Shown: positions 39,735 through 53,924, counted from the stretch's first letter. The stretch is DNA of 64,000 nucleotides from Octopus vulgaris (GCA_951406725.2 OX597826.1:73408001-73472000); one strand, 5' to 3'. A program made the numbers and translations. Notes: generated from the letters alone by a model not told the origin.

Positions 39735-39877
39735 GGTTAGAGTTTTTCAATAATGTCGCTATCAACAGTATTGGTCTTGATCTAAGGGTCTGAAGATCGA
39801 GGCCGTGAAACCCATGACAGGCCACACAATAAGTCGAGTCATATTACTTTATAATAAATACAAATGTGTACGTGCGG

Positions 39878-39949
<72 letters not shown>

Positions 39950-40024
39950 AAGATAAGTGTCAAAAGCCAAGGAAAGTGGTCTTGAGGATGTTTGTTGTCA
40001 AAAATTGATTTATCTGTGTACATA

Positions 40025-40079
<55 letters not shown>

Positions 40080-40468
40080 TGTGTGTGCGTGTGTATGCGT
40101 TTTGCATGTTGTATTTGTACACAGCTTGTCACCCGGTGTGTACACAGAACCACCCTAAAGAGACAACCGACACGACAACAGTCAAATGTCACGTGTCACG
40201 TGACATGTGTTTACAGAAGCTTAATTATGTTGACCTTTTTATGTAGAGCTGTCAAATAAATGAGCCCTTCTGGTCAGAATGAGGGCCATACACCCGATGT
40301 ACCTACCTACCCGACTTGGGGATGGGGGGGGGGACAGTGCCAACAGAGCGCAGCTTGTTCACTCTCTGCCACTGACTCTATACAATTGAAGTGATACGTG
40401 CGAGTGTATATAATCAGAGTATTATGATTACTATTAATATACTCCGGCACTCTATCTATTCCGCATTT

Positions 40469-40501
<33 letters not shown>

Positions 40502-40702
40502 AAACACACAAACACACACACACATACATAAATATGTATGTATGTATTTATGTGCGTAAAGTAAGAGACACTTGTGAATACATATATACATGCATACATA
40601 CATACATTTGTGCATACATGCATATATATATATATATGTCTATCTGGATGTTTTGTTGTGCCTTTTTGTATCACCTAATTGTCCGGATGTTTTGCGTTCT
40701 TG

Positions 40703-40742
<40 letters not shown>

Positions 40743-41632
40743 TCAAATGTACATGCATACCCATATACATATTGCATACATATATATATATATATGAATG
40801 CATACACATATACATATATTCATCCATACGTCCATACATACACATACATACATATACAAATACATAATACATATACGCATGCATACATACATACATACGT
40901 ATGTATTCATATATATATATGCACATGCATACATACACTCACACGTACATACACTCATACATACATTCATACATACACTCATACATACATACATACATAA
41001 TACATACATACACTCAGACATATTTACATATATAATACATATGTACAAACATACATACATACATACATACATACATACATACATACATACATACATACAC
41101 ACATACATACATACATACACACATACATACAAATACATGCATATATACATACATACATACATACATACATACATACATACATACACACATACATACATAC
41201 ATACATACATACATACATACATACATACATACATACATACATACATACATACATGTATGTTTGAACGGTAATCTAACAATTTTGATCGTGAACTTATCCC
41301 GTTTTGCTGCTGTTTTTATTCTTGAGCTCTTTTCGTGGGGTTCTTCGTTAAACCCCCACCACACACACTACATACACACACGCATACACACACACACAAT
41401 GATTGTTATTCAAACATCTTTACACACATTAATATTGTAAAGCTTACCTTAGTCCAATGTACATCTTCAGCGTGGTTTGAACTCGCATGGCCTGGGGTCA
41501 AGTACCGTCTGCCATTCCGTGTCATAGATTTCCCGACACTCTTTCACTCATCTGCAACCAACACCACCACCACCACTATTACCAATACTACACCAATCAC
41601 TACTACTACTACTACTACTACTACTACAACAG

Positions 41633-41702
<70 letters not shown>

Positions 41703-41801
41703 CAATACTATTATCACTACCACTACCAACTCTAACATTAACACTACTACTATCACCACCACCACCACCAAATCTACCACACCACCACCACCACAACAAC
41801 A

Positions 41802-41860
<59 letters not shown>

Positions 41861-42124
41861 TACTACTACTACAAACGTTTAGCACTGGTCGGTTTTTCTA
41901 GGGAGCATGCCAATAACAATTAATCCCTGCGCTATTGGCAGACTGCGGGCGGTGATTAATTAGGTGTAGAATAATTAAGAGATGTGTCTGATGATATGAA
42001 ACAGGTTTGTTAAATTAGCAACAATAACAAATATTTGTTTTGTCACTGGGTCTAAAGGAATGACATCGAGCCCACTGCTTGGACTGGACAAGACAAAGCA
42101 TTCGTCCAGTGCTCTACGCATTCC

Positions 42125-42233
<109 letters not shown>

Positions 42234-42252
42234 TATAATAATAATTATAATA

Positions 42253-42720
42253 CTTGGTATAAAAGATGGGCTACAGCAAATATTCTGCCCAATACCACAG
42301 ATTTGCTTGTCAGTTGTTTGACCGTAATCAGTTGAGCATGTCCCTTAGTGGCTGACGATATGCGCATCTCTGATCACGAGCAGACGTAGTGGGGGAGCAT
42401 CATAGCCGTGTGTTGAGAGGGATTCTTTGGGGATTTGAATAATTCACCTTCGGAAACATGGGTGTTTCGTTCAACATCCTTAAACAACCCTTATTCAGGG
42501 ATCTTTTGAGCGGGTTGGTTTACTCGACCAGAAGAAAATTCTAACTGGGCCCCACCTGCAAGGTCATGCGCTGTTTATGAGATCACCATGTCGCGCACAT
42601 ATGGTTGTGATGCATGTGCCTAGTGTACTCTTATCAGACGGGTAGTCATGATGGGTATACTGGGCTTTGTATATTTTACCCCAGTGTCACTTTGATGGCA
42701 TGCACTGCTCTCTCACTCAA
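42253..42720. mobile_element. Unclassified ~470-bp element embedded in (AAT)n
   Basis: Complex non-coding block bounded on both sides by AAT repeats; single copy in the window, so mobile status is inferred. Confidence 0.45.
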
Positions 42721-42817
42721 TAATAATAATAATAATGATAGCAACAACACTTAGTTCACTGGTAGTGAACAGCTGGCACCGTAGTACATCTCCAGCGTTA
42801 GGAGCTGTGCAAAGACA

Positions 42818-42862
<45 letters not shown>

Positions 42863-42898
42863 TAATAATAATAATAATAATTAATAATAATAATAATA

Positions 42899-42950
<52 letters not shown>

Positions 42951-42997
42951 TAATAATAATAATAATAATAACAATAAAAATAATTAATAATAATAAT

Positions 42998-43054
<57 letters not shown>

Positions 43055-43055
<1 letters not shown>

Positions 43056-43200
43056 CAAGCAGAAAACAGCACTGCGTGGAATCGCTCGAATACTCCGGAA
43101 AGTGCTCGAAAACTAAGAGGTGTTACCTTAGTACATTGGTAGTAAACAGCTGATACCGTAGTACATCTCCAGCGTTACAAGCTGTGCAAAGGCAATGACA
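43055..43200 (+). mobile_element. R4/Dong-like LINE extreme 3' end
   Basis: 43060-43116 translates QKTALRGIARILRKVLEN*, resembling the R4/Dong C-terminus (QKxxLLGTARILRKVL); short 3' UTR then TAA repeats; second UTR-only copy at 42750-42818. Confidence 0.78.
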
Positions 43201-43234
43201 ATAATAATAATAATTATTATTATTATTATTATTA

Positions 43235-43297
<63 letters not shown>

Positions 43298-43559
43298 AAG
43301 ATAGGAGTAAATGTGAAGATGGAACCTTCGCTAAATTCCTAAAATCTGAATTTAAAATGCTTGTTACCTTTGTATTCCACTGATTGTTAACAGCTGATAA
43401 TTTTGTTACGCCTTCCAGTGAAGGTGCAGTGTTAAACAACAATCACAACAACAATTATGATAATTACAATAACAACAATTAAACCATCAACATCAACAAT
43501 TATAAAAAGCAATGAAAATTGTATCTAATTTATATACATGATACCTCAACCTGTGAAAC

Positions 43560-43745
43560 AAGTGTATATATTTGGTTAAATTGATTGACTCCCCAATACT
43601 TGACTGTCAACCCCTATTTTATCCGTCCCTGGTAGGAGTGAAATCGACTTGGGTAGGATTTGAACCTGAAAGTTAAAGGAATGTGGTTAAATACCGCAGA
43701 GCATTTTGTCCTGAGCTTCACTGATTCTTGTTGCCTGTCGCCCCA
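43560..43745 (-). mobile_element. SINE family A, highly diverged
   Basis: AATCGACTTGGGTAGGATTTGAACCTGAAAGTTAA..AAATACCGCAGAGCATTTTGTCC. Confidence 0.55.
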
Positions 43746-44227
43746 ACATCAACAGCAGCGGCGATAGCTACGTCACGCTGTATCGATAGCAGCAACAGTT
43801 TTATCTGCATTGATAGCGGCATCAGTAACAACAACTGCAGTATTAGTAGCAGAAGCAACACTAGTATCAACAGTCACTACTAGTGTTACGTAATGATATT
43901 TTGAAATTGAGATAATATTTATAGAGAAAAAATGCGTACTTCTAAAATGCGAAGATAAGCAGAAAACAAAAAATGTCGGACAAGAATTAGAACTCTTCAG
44001 TACTGGAGTTTGAGAAACAGGGTGACCTGATGTTAATGTTGCGTCTGCTGTAACATCGCCATAACAACAACACCGGCTGCATACTAACAACACCAACAAC
44101 ACAGCTACAACGGTGGCACGCTTACAACACACTAATACTACAACGCTATCAACAAAATACTACGACAACTACACTTACAAGCACATTAACACTGCCACTA
44201 CTAACAGATCTTACACCACACCTCTAC

Positions 44228-44557
44228 ATAGGAGCACTCCGTCGGTTGCGACGATGAGGGTCCCAGCTGATACGATCAACGGAACAGCTTGCTCGTGAAA
44301 TTAACATGCAAGTGGCTGAGTACGCCACAAACACGTGTACCCTTAACGTAATTCTTTGGGGAGATTCAGCGTGACACAGTGTGTGACAAGACTGGCCCTT
44401 TGAAATACAGGTACAACTCATTTTTGCCAGCTGAGTGGACTAGAGCAGCGTGAAACAAAATGTCTTGCTCAAGGACAAAACGCACCGCCGGGAATTGAAC
44501 TCACGACCTTACGGTCATGAGCCGAATGCCCCTAACCACTAAGCCACGCGCCTTCAC
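44228..44557 (-). mobile_element. SINE family D, full length with TSD
   Basis: Reverse-complement match to 15595-15925; 15-bp TSD ACACCACACCTCTAC at 44213-44227 and 44558-44572. Confidence 0.93.
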
Positions 44558-44900
44558 ACACCACACCTCTACTACCACACAAACAGCAACACGGACCACA
44601 ACCACATTTACAAACATACTGCGGCTATCGCACTTATGCTACATCTCTACTACCACGCAAACAACAAATAGACAGCAACTACACTTACGATCACACTGCC
44701 GCTACCACACAACACAACACCCAACACTACTACCACACAAGCAGCAACACAGACGACAACGACACTCGCAAATACACTGCCACAATCACACAAAGCACTT
44801 GGACTATCACATTTATAGAGTCTAGGACATTTACCCCGCCCCCTAGACAATAATCCCCGCTGAGGACAACAGATGATGATTTAAGCCTTCTTAATATATT

Positions 44901-45157
44901 AAAATAAATGCGCCCTTTTAAAGCCTAGCCAGGCTCATGGGCCCGGTTTCTCGGTTTCTATGGTGTATGTGTTCCCCAGCTTGATGGGACGCCAGTCCAT
45001 CGCAGCGTTACTCATTTTTGCCAGCTGAGTGGACTGGAGCAACGTGAAATGAAGTGTTTTGCTCAAGAACACAACGCGTCTCCCGGTCCAGGAATTGAAA
45101 CCACAATCTTATGATCATGATGCCGACACCCTAACCACTAAGCCACGCGCCTCCGCA
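44901..45157 (-). mobile_element. SINE family C, full length with TSD
   Basis: Reverse-complement match to 2145-2409; 12-bp TSD TCTTAATATATT at 44889-44900 and 45158-45169. Confidence 0.93.
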
Positions 45158-45204
45158 TCTTAATATATTGGAGACGGGTATATCCTTGGGGTAGTTGTCG
45201 TTGG

Positions 45205-45463
45205 GGGAATTGAACTCAGAACGTAATACCTATCTCTTTATTACTCACAAGGGGCTAAACATAGGGGAGACAAACAAGGACAGACATAGGTATTAAGTCG
45301 ATTATATCGACCCCAGTGCGTAACTGGTACTTAATTTATCGACACCGAAAGGATGAAAGGCAAAGTCAACCTCGGCGGAATTTGAACTCAGAACGTAACG
45401 ACAGACGAAATACTGCTAAGCATTTCGCCCGGCGTGCTAACGATTCTGCCAGCTCGCCGCCTT
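45205..45463 (-). mobile_element. SINE family A with the start of a second unit (dimer type)
   Basis: One full unit plus a further GAATTGAACTCAGAACGTA, the same layout as 7286-7695. Confidence 0.88.
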
Positions 45464-46098
45464 ACTAACGGTAACAATAACAAGCGAACACCATAACCAC
45501 CACACTTACAAATACACTGCCACTCGTACGCTAACGACAATAACACACAACAAAATAACACTGGCACTACACTTACAACACACCACCACTACATCAAACA
45601 TACAACAACGCCATAAACACCACAGGAAGAATCTTATTAGTTCACTTGAGGCGCCAGTGACTTGTGCGTGTTGAGTTCATTATTCAGTAATTACAGACGT
45701 TAACATTGGAATTAAATAGGTTATTTTCAACTACATCTGTTGCAAATAGAAAATGCACTGAATGCATCAGCTGTAGAGAATAGCCGGTGGATTACGTTGT
45801 AGCGTGTAACCAATGGATTTGTTGCAGTGAATAGCCAGTGCATTAGCGGTTACGAAAGAGGTCAGCGGAGAGAATGTACTTCCTGCCCTGACCCCGACTA
45901 TCTCTCTCTGGCATTTATCAGAAAGTGTCCACGTTCACATGAACATAGTGGTTTACAAACACACACACACACACACATACACAGATACATGTATATATAT
46001 AACAGTATCTACGTATGTATGTATATAACTGTTTTAAAATTTGTTATATATTTTTGTACGTATATATGTATATATATATTTGTTTTCCCGTTTGGATT

Positions 46099-46192
<94 letters not shown>

Positions 46193-46607
46193 GCTTACAC
46201 ACACAGATTATATATATATGCTTACATATATGTGTGTGTGTTTGTATATACGCATGCAATTATTTATATTTGCATATATGTGTATATATATGTATGTGTG
46301 TGTGTGTGCGTGTGTGTGTGTGTGTATGTATATGTATACACAGATATATATGTGTCTATACATCTGTGTGTATGTATGTGTTTGTGTGTGCGTGCATGTG
46401 TGTACGTATCTGGGCGTAGCCAGGAAGTGGACCGTGGGGGTTCTCAATTATTAAAATAGAATCACAATTAGCTGAATAATTATTTGCTAAAAACAGAAAA
46501 CTAAAATAAATGTTAGATAATAACAATCGTATTTGCAAGCAGCCGCTAGAGGGAGTCTGTCCGAATCTTTCGGCGCCCGCCCCCACCCCTAATTATGTAT
46601 GAGATGC

Positions 46608-46661
<54 letters not shown>

Positions 46662-46703
46662 ACATATATATCTATATATATGTACGTATAAGTGTATGTG
46701 TGA

Positions 46704-46747
<44 letters not shown>

Positions 46748-47454
46748 GTGCACTGGCTTCGTAACAATGATGAGACTTCGAGAACGTGTAATTATTCTTT
46801 TTTTCTAGGAACACTGTTCCTAACTCTGGAAGCATTTAAATATTGGGTTAAAATCACTTTTGGAAAGAAGTGGAAGACTGCCCGTGGGATGCGAACCCAC
46901 ATCTGAAAAGAATTATATGTATGCGTATATAAATGTATGTGTGCAAAACAAACACATATGCATGCATGTATGTGTATGAGTGTGTGCGTATGCATCTATA
47001 CGTATAAGAGTACATATATATATGTACCCGTATGCATTATTTAATGTCTCTGAAGCCTTTATAATTTTTACATATAAATCTTACGTATACGTATATATAT
47101 ATATATTGCCAGGTTCTTACATTCATATGCCACTATTTATATATAAGTGGGGACGCGTCTACGAGCGTATGCTCAAATAGATCTTGTATTTGCATTACTT
47201 GGCTTTGTTAGTTACCTCCCATAGTTTTTTTCACTCTTTAATAATCTAATCCAAACGTTAAAAAGACTAACAATTGCTTCCAGGGCCTAATAATAGTTAG
47301 CATAAATTCCGCTCGCCAATTGAATTAGCTTCAGATAGTTCTCACAATTAATTAACACATTCTTTTGAACCTGACAGCCATATAAAGAAATTCTTATCTC
47401 ATTTATACACATTTGAATGTGCAAAAGCAGACGTACGTGGATTTCTTTTATGTT

Positions 47455-47660
47455 TTAGTTTTACTTGTTTCAATTATTAGACTGCGGTCATACTGGAGCA
47501 CCGTCTGGAACAATTTTTAGCCAAATGAATCGACCCCAATACTTATATGTTTTGTTATTAAAGCCTGGTATATATTCTGCCGAACCGTTAAGTTACGGGG
47601 ACATAGATACACCAACACCGGTTGTGAAACGGTAGCAGTGGGGTGGGGACATACATAGAC
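47455..47660 (-). mobile_element. SINE family B 3' part, diverged
   Basis: TTTTACTTGTTTCAATTATTAGACTGCGGTCATACTGGAGCACCG..GCCGAACCGTTAAGTTACGGGGAC. Confidence 0.8.
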
Positions 47661-47685
47661 AGTAAAATACACACACACAGATTTG

Positions 47686-47722
<37 letters not shown>

Positions 47723-47724
47723 TG

Positions 47725-48000
47725 TGAGGGAACTCGGCTTAGTGGTTAGAGTGTTGCTCTAGCGATCGGGGTTTTAATTCCTAGACAGAGTAGTGCGTTG
47801 TTTTCTTTTTGAGCAAAACACTTTATCTCACGTCGCTCTGCGATCCCTTCGACACCTGACTGGTAATACACTGTGCACCTGTTCAGACAACGTCGATTAG
47901 ATGAAGGAAGTGAGCTAATGCGCGGCACGAACGTTTGATCACTATAAACAAATCATTTGTGCAGATCATTCGGCAAAGGCTGAACGGCCATACGTCGTCT
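47725..48000 (+). mobile_element. SINE family E (C/D-type head and partial CORE-like block with a different body)
   Basis: GGCTTAGTGGTTAGAGTGTT..GCGTTG..TTGAGCAAAACACTTTATCTCACGTCGCTC, then unrelated sequence. Confidence 0.65.
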
Positions 48001-48001
48001 T

Positions 48002-48325
48002 CGTGGCACCTTGGGCAAGTGTCTTCCACTATAGCCTCGGGCCGACCAAAGCCTTGTGAGTGGATTTGGTAGACGGAAACTGAAAGAAGCCTGTCGTATA
48101 TATGTGTGTATATATGTATGTGTGTCTATGTTTGTGTATCTGTATGTGTATGTGTATGTGTCCCCCCAACATCGCTTGACAACCGATGCTGGTGTGTTTA
48201 TGTCCCCGTAACTTAGAGACCGATAGAATAAATACTAGGCTTACAAAGAATGGGGGTCGATTTGCTCGACTAAAGACGGTGCTCCAGCATGGCCACAGTC
48301 AAATGACTGAAACAAGTAAAAGAGT
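48002..48325 (+). mobile_element. SINE family B, 5' truncated
   Basis: CGTGGCACCTTGGGCAAGTG through AAACAAGTAAAAGAGTA. Confidence 0.9.
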
Positions 48326-48359
48326 ATATATATATATATATAAATAGTATTATATATAT

Positions 48360-48685
48360 GTACGACGGGCTTCTTTCAGTTTCCGTGTCTATAGTAGAAG
48401 ATAGTTGCCTTAAGTGCCCTGCAGGTTGACTGAACCTGGAACCATGTGGTTGGGAGGCAAGCTTCTTACCACACAACCACGCCTTTATATGTGTCGATGT
48501 ATGTGTGTGTATGCATGCGTATGTGTACATATACGATAGGCTTCCATGTAGTTTCCGTCCATCAAATTCACTTACAAGGGCATTGGTCGACCCTGTGGCT
48601 ATAGCAGAAGACACTTGCCCAAGGTGCCGCGCAGTGGACTGAACTCGGAACCACATTCTGACAAAGCGAGCTTCTTAACCACTCA
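48360..48685 (-). mobile_element. Two SINE family B 5' parts in tandem
   Basis: 48360-48485 and 48533-48685 each carry the reverse-complement family B head. Confidence 0.82.
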
Positions 48686-49122
48686 GGTCTTGTTAAATAA
48701 ACTTTTATTCGACTCCCACTTTTACAGTAAACATTTTTCTCGTAATTAGTTGGTATAAACTACTTCCTTTTTTTTAACAAGCAATTGAATATACTTTTAA
48801 TTTTTTCAAAAATTAGACCAGTAATCAGATTTTTGCTATTTTTACTCAAAAATTAAATATAAACGTTGTCTATTGACAATTTACTTCGTCCATTTTCACA
48901 CCTTGTTGTTTTCGTCTTCCATTTCTTCGTTTCCTTCTCGTTGCCGATGATGTAGCTCATGTCTGTAAAAGAAAAATTGAGACCTTGCAATCAAATGCTT
49001 TTGACAGTTTCAAATTCAGAACGAAATGGTTTGCAATGCATCAGCAATTTTATAATTAAATATTATTGTTCACTCGTTTTTATTGTATTGAGTTCTTTAT
49101 TTTCTAAGACGTGCACGCATGC

Positions 49123-49168
<46 letters not shown>

Positions 49169-49419
49169 CAAAGATCATATAGAAACAATGTTGTTGCTAG
49201 CTACCAGCTAACAATATGAACTAAGTACATACACATACATAAACATTCGTACATACTAATTCGTACATACACATCCAGCCACACTTAACTATGCATCCAA
49301 CTATACGCCGTTATCCAGCCATGCAGTCGTCTGCTGTTTCAAAAAATTTCCAGTGCGCCTGCGCACTAGTATGACTCTGAAACTTATTGCTTCTGCCAAC
49401 AACTGTGTCAGTTCGCAGT

Positions 49420-49493
<74 letters not shown>

Positions 49494-50133
49494 CGTGTGT
49501 GTGTGTTTTAAAGATGTTGGTCGAAAGGGTACGAGTTTGTACCCGAGGAACCTGCGAAAGTTTTCTTGGAATGGGTCGGTGAATATGTAAAGGATGGGTG
49601 ATGTTAGTGCACATTACAAGTTGATAGGAACAGATGGGCAAGAAAAGGTGTTCCGCGATTACATCGTTAGGAATGTCTAGATGTTTTATGGAGGGGGATA
49701 GGAAGCCTGTTTCAAACAGGATATGAGTGTGTATGGAAATTTCGTTTCTTCGTATGTGTGTATGCGTATGTAATGTAAATAATGCGCGAGTTCGACACAG
49801 CAGACAAAGAGAAAAGACAACTTGAAAATTTGAAAAGGTTCAAAGACCAAAGTAAGAGGAATTGTTTTTCTCTAGCTTTTTTTTAAAGAGAACATACGCA
49901 CGTGGAGTTGTTATGTGTTGCGGCTTTCATTAGGGGCGAACAATAACGGACCTATGGTACATAAAAACTGAGAATTTCGCATTTATGTTCCAGTCCAGAG
50001 ATAACATCGCTACTAAGCACTGTACATAAACTATACTGTTGTCTGTCCCTACAATAAGACTACACATACACACACACACACTCATATATGTATATAAAAA
50101 CACATACATATACATATACATAAGTATATATTC

Positions 50134-50186
<53 letters not shown>

Positions 50187-50195
50187 TAGTAAATT

Positions 50196-50230
<35 letters not shown>

Positions 50231-50278
50231 TAATATATGTATATGTATATATATATATGTATATATACATACATAAAC

Positions 50279-50309
<31 letters not shown>

Positions 50310-50311
<2 letters not shown>

Positions 50312-50492
50312 GTGTCTCTCCACAAATTTTCTATAGAATTTAGAGCCACCACTGAAAGTTACGTCTTGTATACGAATACGTCTATGTAAACAAACTTTGG
50401 TCGCATTGCTTACATAGACGTATTCGTATACAAAACGCCATTACTTTCGGTACTGGCTCTAAATTCTATTGAAAATCTGTAAGGATACACTT
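50310..50492. mobile_element. Palindromic Tc1/mariner-type MITE
   Basis: Arms of about 85 bp share ATAGAATTTAGAGCCA and TTGTATACGAATACGTCTATGTAA in inverted orientation, with a loop of about 12 bp; AGTGT termini with TA flanks. Confidence 0.85.
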
Positions 50493-51742
50493 TAAAAAAT
50501 GTAAACAACGCGCCTGCTAACACAAAGTAGGAGACGGTATAGAGTTAAAACTTTTAATACACTTGGCAGTATATTATGGCTGCAAAACGGAATACGGTAT
50601 CCCTACAAGCAATTAATACATACGCGCACGCACACACACACAAATACACACACACGTGTGCACACGTTTATATATACATGCAAACAGATATGTAGTCTTC
50701 GAAATAGTTTTCTCCTTTCTGGTTTTGAGAAGCCTAACGTCTCAAGATTGGTATTTTGGCAGATATACATGTGTGTGAGCGTTAGCGTGTGTGTTTTTGT
50801 GTTTGTATGCGTGTTTGAGCATGTGTGTGTGTGTGTGTGTGTTCCTGTACGTGTGTGCGTATGTCTGTGTGTTTTATATGTATAGTCCGACTCTTCATCT
50901 GACTAGACTACAGAGCTGCCTTTGTCTTTGCAATAACAGACTCGACACGGCACTTCTGTCCATCTCTCGAATGTATTACTTACACACCTGTTTGCCTAAA
51001 CCGTATTGTGCTTATCTTCCCTTATGATCTTCCATATTCTAATTTAATTAGAAATTTGAGAAGCAAATTTAAAACAAAAAACGGAGTTGACTCATCAGAT
51101 AATATAGACAAGAAGCGCCCATTATGACAAAATATAAATGGGATGGTTACAGTTGGAACAAATGCGATTCGAGGTCTGCTGCGTCAAGGCTGACTTTGGA
51201 GGTTTAAGCAACGACATTATTTTCCGAATTTGTAAGTTCACTGCTCTCGTTCGCCCCTCTTCCCCCCCAACCACCACCACCATCGTCGCCACCATCTCGC
51301 CCTTACCCACAGACTTAACTTGACTCATAGGGTTCGAGTTCCGTTGTTTCCCCCCTATAAACATGGCCCACCCATTTAGTATTTAGACTGAAGAGCTTCA
51401 CACTTGAAAACTATGACATCCGGGTACATCTCACCCCAGTCCACACAGCACCCACCTCGCCTAATTTTTCATTGACGTCCATCCTCCATTTTTTCATGAG
51501 TTTTTTATTTTGGTTTTTTGTTTTCAACCACGAGAAAAAAAGATAAAATTAAAGAGCAGACGTGTGGGGGTGGGAGAGCAGTTGTTGGAATAAGTTCACC
51601 TACTCACTGAATTAAACAGTAATTCTGTTTCTGTGTGTAACTGTATAAGTTGTCAGTCTGTGTGTATATGTGTATCTGTATGTATGTACATTTCTTTGTG
51701 CGTGTGTGAGTTTGTTTATATGTATATGCATATGTATGAATA

Positions 51743-51781
<39 letters not shown>

Positions 51782-52064
51782 TTGTGTGAGTTTATATATG
51801 TGTATGTGTGTGCATGTGGGTATATGTTTGTGTTTATACGGTAATGTTTGTGTCTCTATATATGCGTGTGTGTGTATATATGCATGTATGCCAACGTTTA
51901 CGTATGTATATACGTATTTTTCTGTCTGTTTGTACATGTATGCGTATATATGTGTGCATGCGTATACATGTCTGGGGTAGCCAATTGCCTCCCTCAACCC
52001 CCCTCTCTCTCTCTCCTATCCCTCTGTCACCCCCTTTTTCTCTCTCTGTTTCTTCCTCTTTCTC

Positions 52065-52320
52065 TCTCTCTTCGCTCTGTCGCTGTCTTTCCCTCTTTCT
52101 CTCTCTGTCTCTCCTCTCTCCCTCTCTTTTCCCTCTGTCGCTGTCTTTCCCCCTTTCTCTGTCTCTCTCCTCTCTGTCTCTTTCTCTCTCTCTCTTCCCT
52201 CTGTCGCTGTCTTTCCCTCTTTCTCTCTCTTCCCTCTGTTTCTGTATTTCCTTCTTTCTCTCTCTGTCTCTCCTCTCTCTCTTCCCTCTGTCGCTGTCTT
52301 TCCCTCTTTCTCTCTCTGTC
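52065..52320. repeat. Pyrimidine-rich higher-order repeat (CCCTCTGTCGCTGTCTTTCCC anchor, 4 copies)
   Basis: CTCTGTCGCTGTCTTTCCC near 52076, 52132, 52199 and 52286. Confidence 0.85.
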
Positions 52321-52799
52321 TCCACTCTCTCTCTCTCCCTCTGCCACACACACACACACACACACTTTCCTCACACTACACCCATTTCCTGTCTAAGTTG
52401 ACCAAAACCTCCATCTTCAAGCATTGATTTTGTCGAAAAGGTTTTAAATCCTGTTTTAAAAAAAACAACTCCTTGACTCACACCTCGCTACTTCCAACAT
52501 TATCCCTATTACCCTTACCACTACCATAACTACCACCACCACCACCACCATCTTCAGTACCACTACCACCACCATCTTCAGTACCACTACCACCAAAACC
52601 CTCAGTGCTACCACCAGCACTAACAACATGACCACCACTACCACCAACGCCATCACCAATTTCTCCACCAACACTACCAACACAATTATTACCTTCACCT
52701 CTACAAGCATTCACTACAGCTGACACTACCACCCATACCAATATCACTACCACCCACACAACGCCACTAACACAACTATTACTATTATCATCAACAAAC

Positions 52800-53220
52800 A
52801 GCATGACATCACCAACACTAACACCACCACTACAACCGAACACAAACATCATCACCACAACCAACACTACCACCACCGCTATAACCAAAACTAACATCAC
52901 CACTACAACCAACACTACAACCATCACTACAACTGAATACAAACATCATCACTACAGTCGACACTACAACCAATACTGCCATCATCACAACAACCAACTC
53001 TGTCTACCACTACCACTATAACCAACACTAACATCACCACTACAACCGAACACAAACATCATCACCACAACCAACACCACCACTATAACCAACACTACAA
53101 CCACCACTACAACCGAACATAAACATCATCACCACAATCAACACCACCACTATAACCAACACTACAACCACCACTACAACCACCACTACAACCAACACTA
53201 CAATCAATACTACAACCAAC
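52800..53220. repeat. ACC/ACT-rich higher-order repeat (ACTACAACCGAACACAAACATCATCAC anchor, 4 copies)
   Basis: Anchor near 52829, 52927, 53039 and 53106. Confidence 0.8.
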
Positions 53221-53258
53221 ATTAACATCAGCATCACCATCGCAACTACTACCACCAA

Positions 53259-53290
<32 letters not shown>

Positions 53291-53786
53291 GCAGCTACAT
53301 TTCCATCGCCACCTCCTCCTCTTCCTCCACCACTACCACCGTTACTAACAGCATCGTCGCTATCACTATTAGCAACAGCAACAACAACAACGACGACTGA
53401 AACAAGTGCTTCCTCTTGAGAAAGAAATGGTAAAATGTCATGCAAGGAAACAATTAATTCAAAACTGTGTTGCATATTGGTTCTTCAGTTGATCCACTTG
53501 TAGAGTCATCACCAGACAACCAACACACACACACACACGCACACATATACATATACATATACATATGCATACATGCATACATATACATATATACATGCAT
53601 ACATGCATGCATATATAATATTTATATATATATATGTATGTATATGAATGCATATACACATACATACATTTGTACATGTATTTGTGTACGTGTGTGTATA
53701 CATGTATGCATGCATGTATATATGTGTGTGTATGCATGTCATTACTAATTGCTTAGTATTACCTTACTATGTGTGTGTAATGTATA

Positions 53787-53824
<38 letters not shown>

Positions 53825-53829
53825 TGACA

Positions 53830-53868
<39 letters not shown>

Positions 53869-53869
53869 A

Positions 53870-53924
<55 letters not shown>

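Noticed and set aside
51120-51240. GTAAGT donor with short upstream ORFs, and TCCGAATTTGT resembling the miR-10 3' end
   Set aside because: No miR-10 seed or hairpin; the ORFs are short and unrecognisable.
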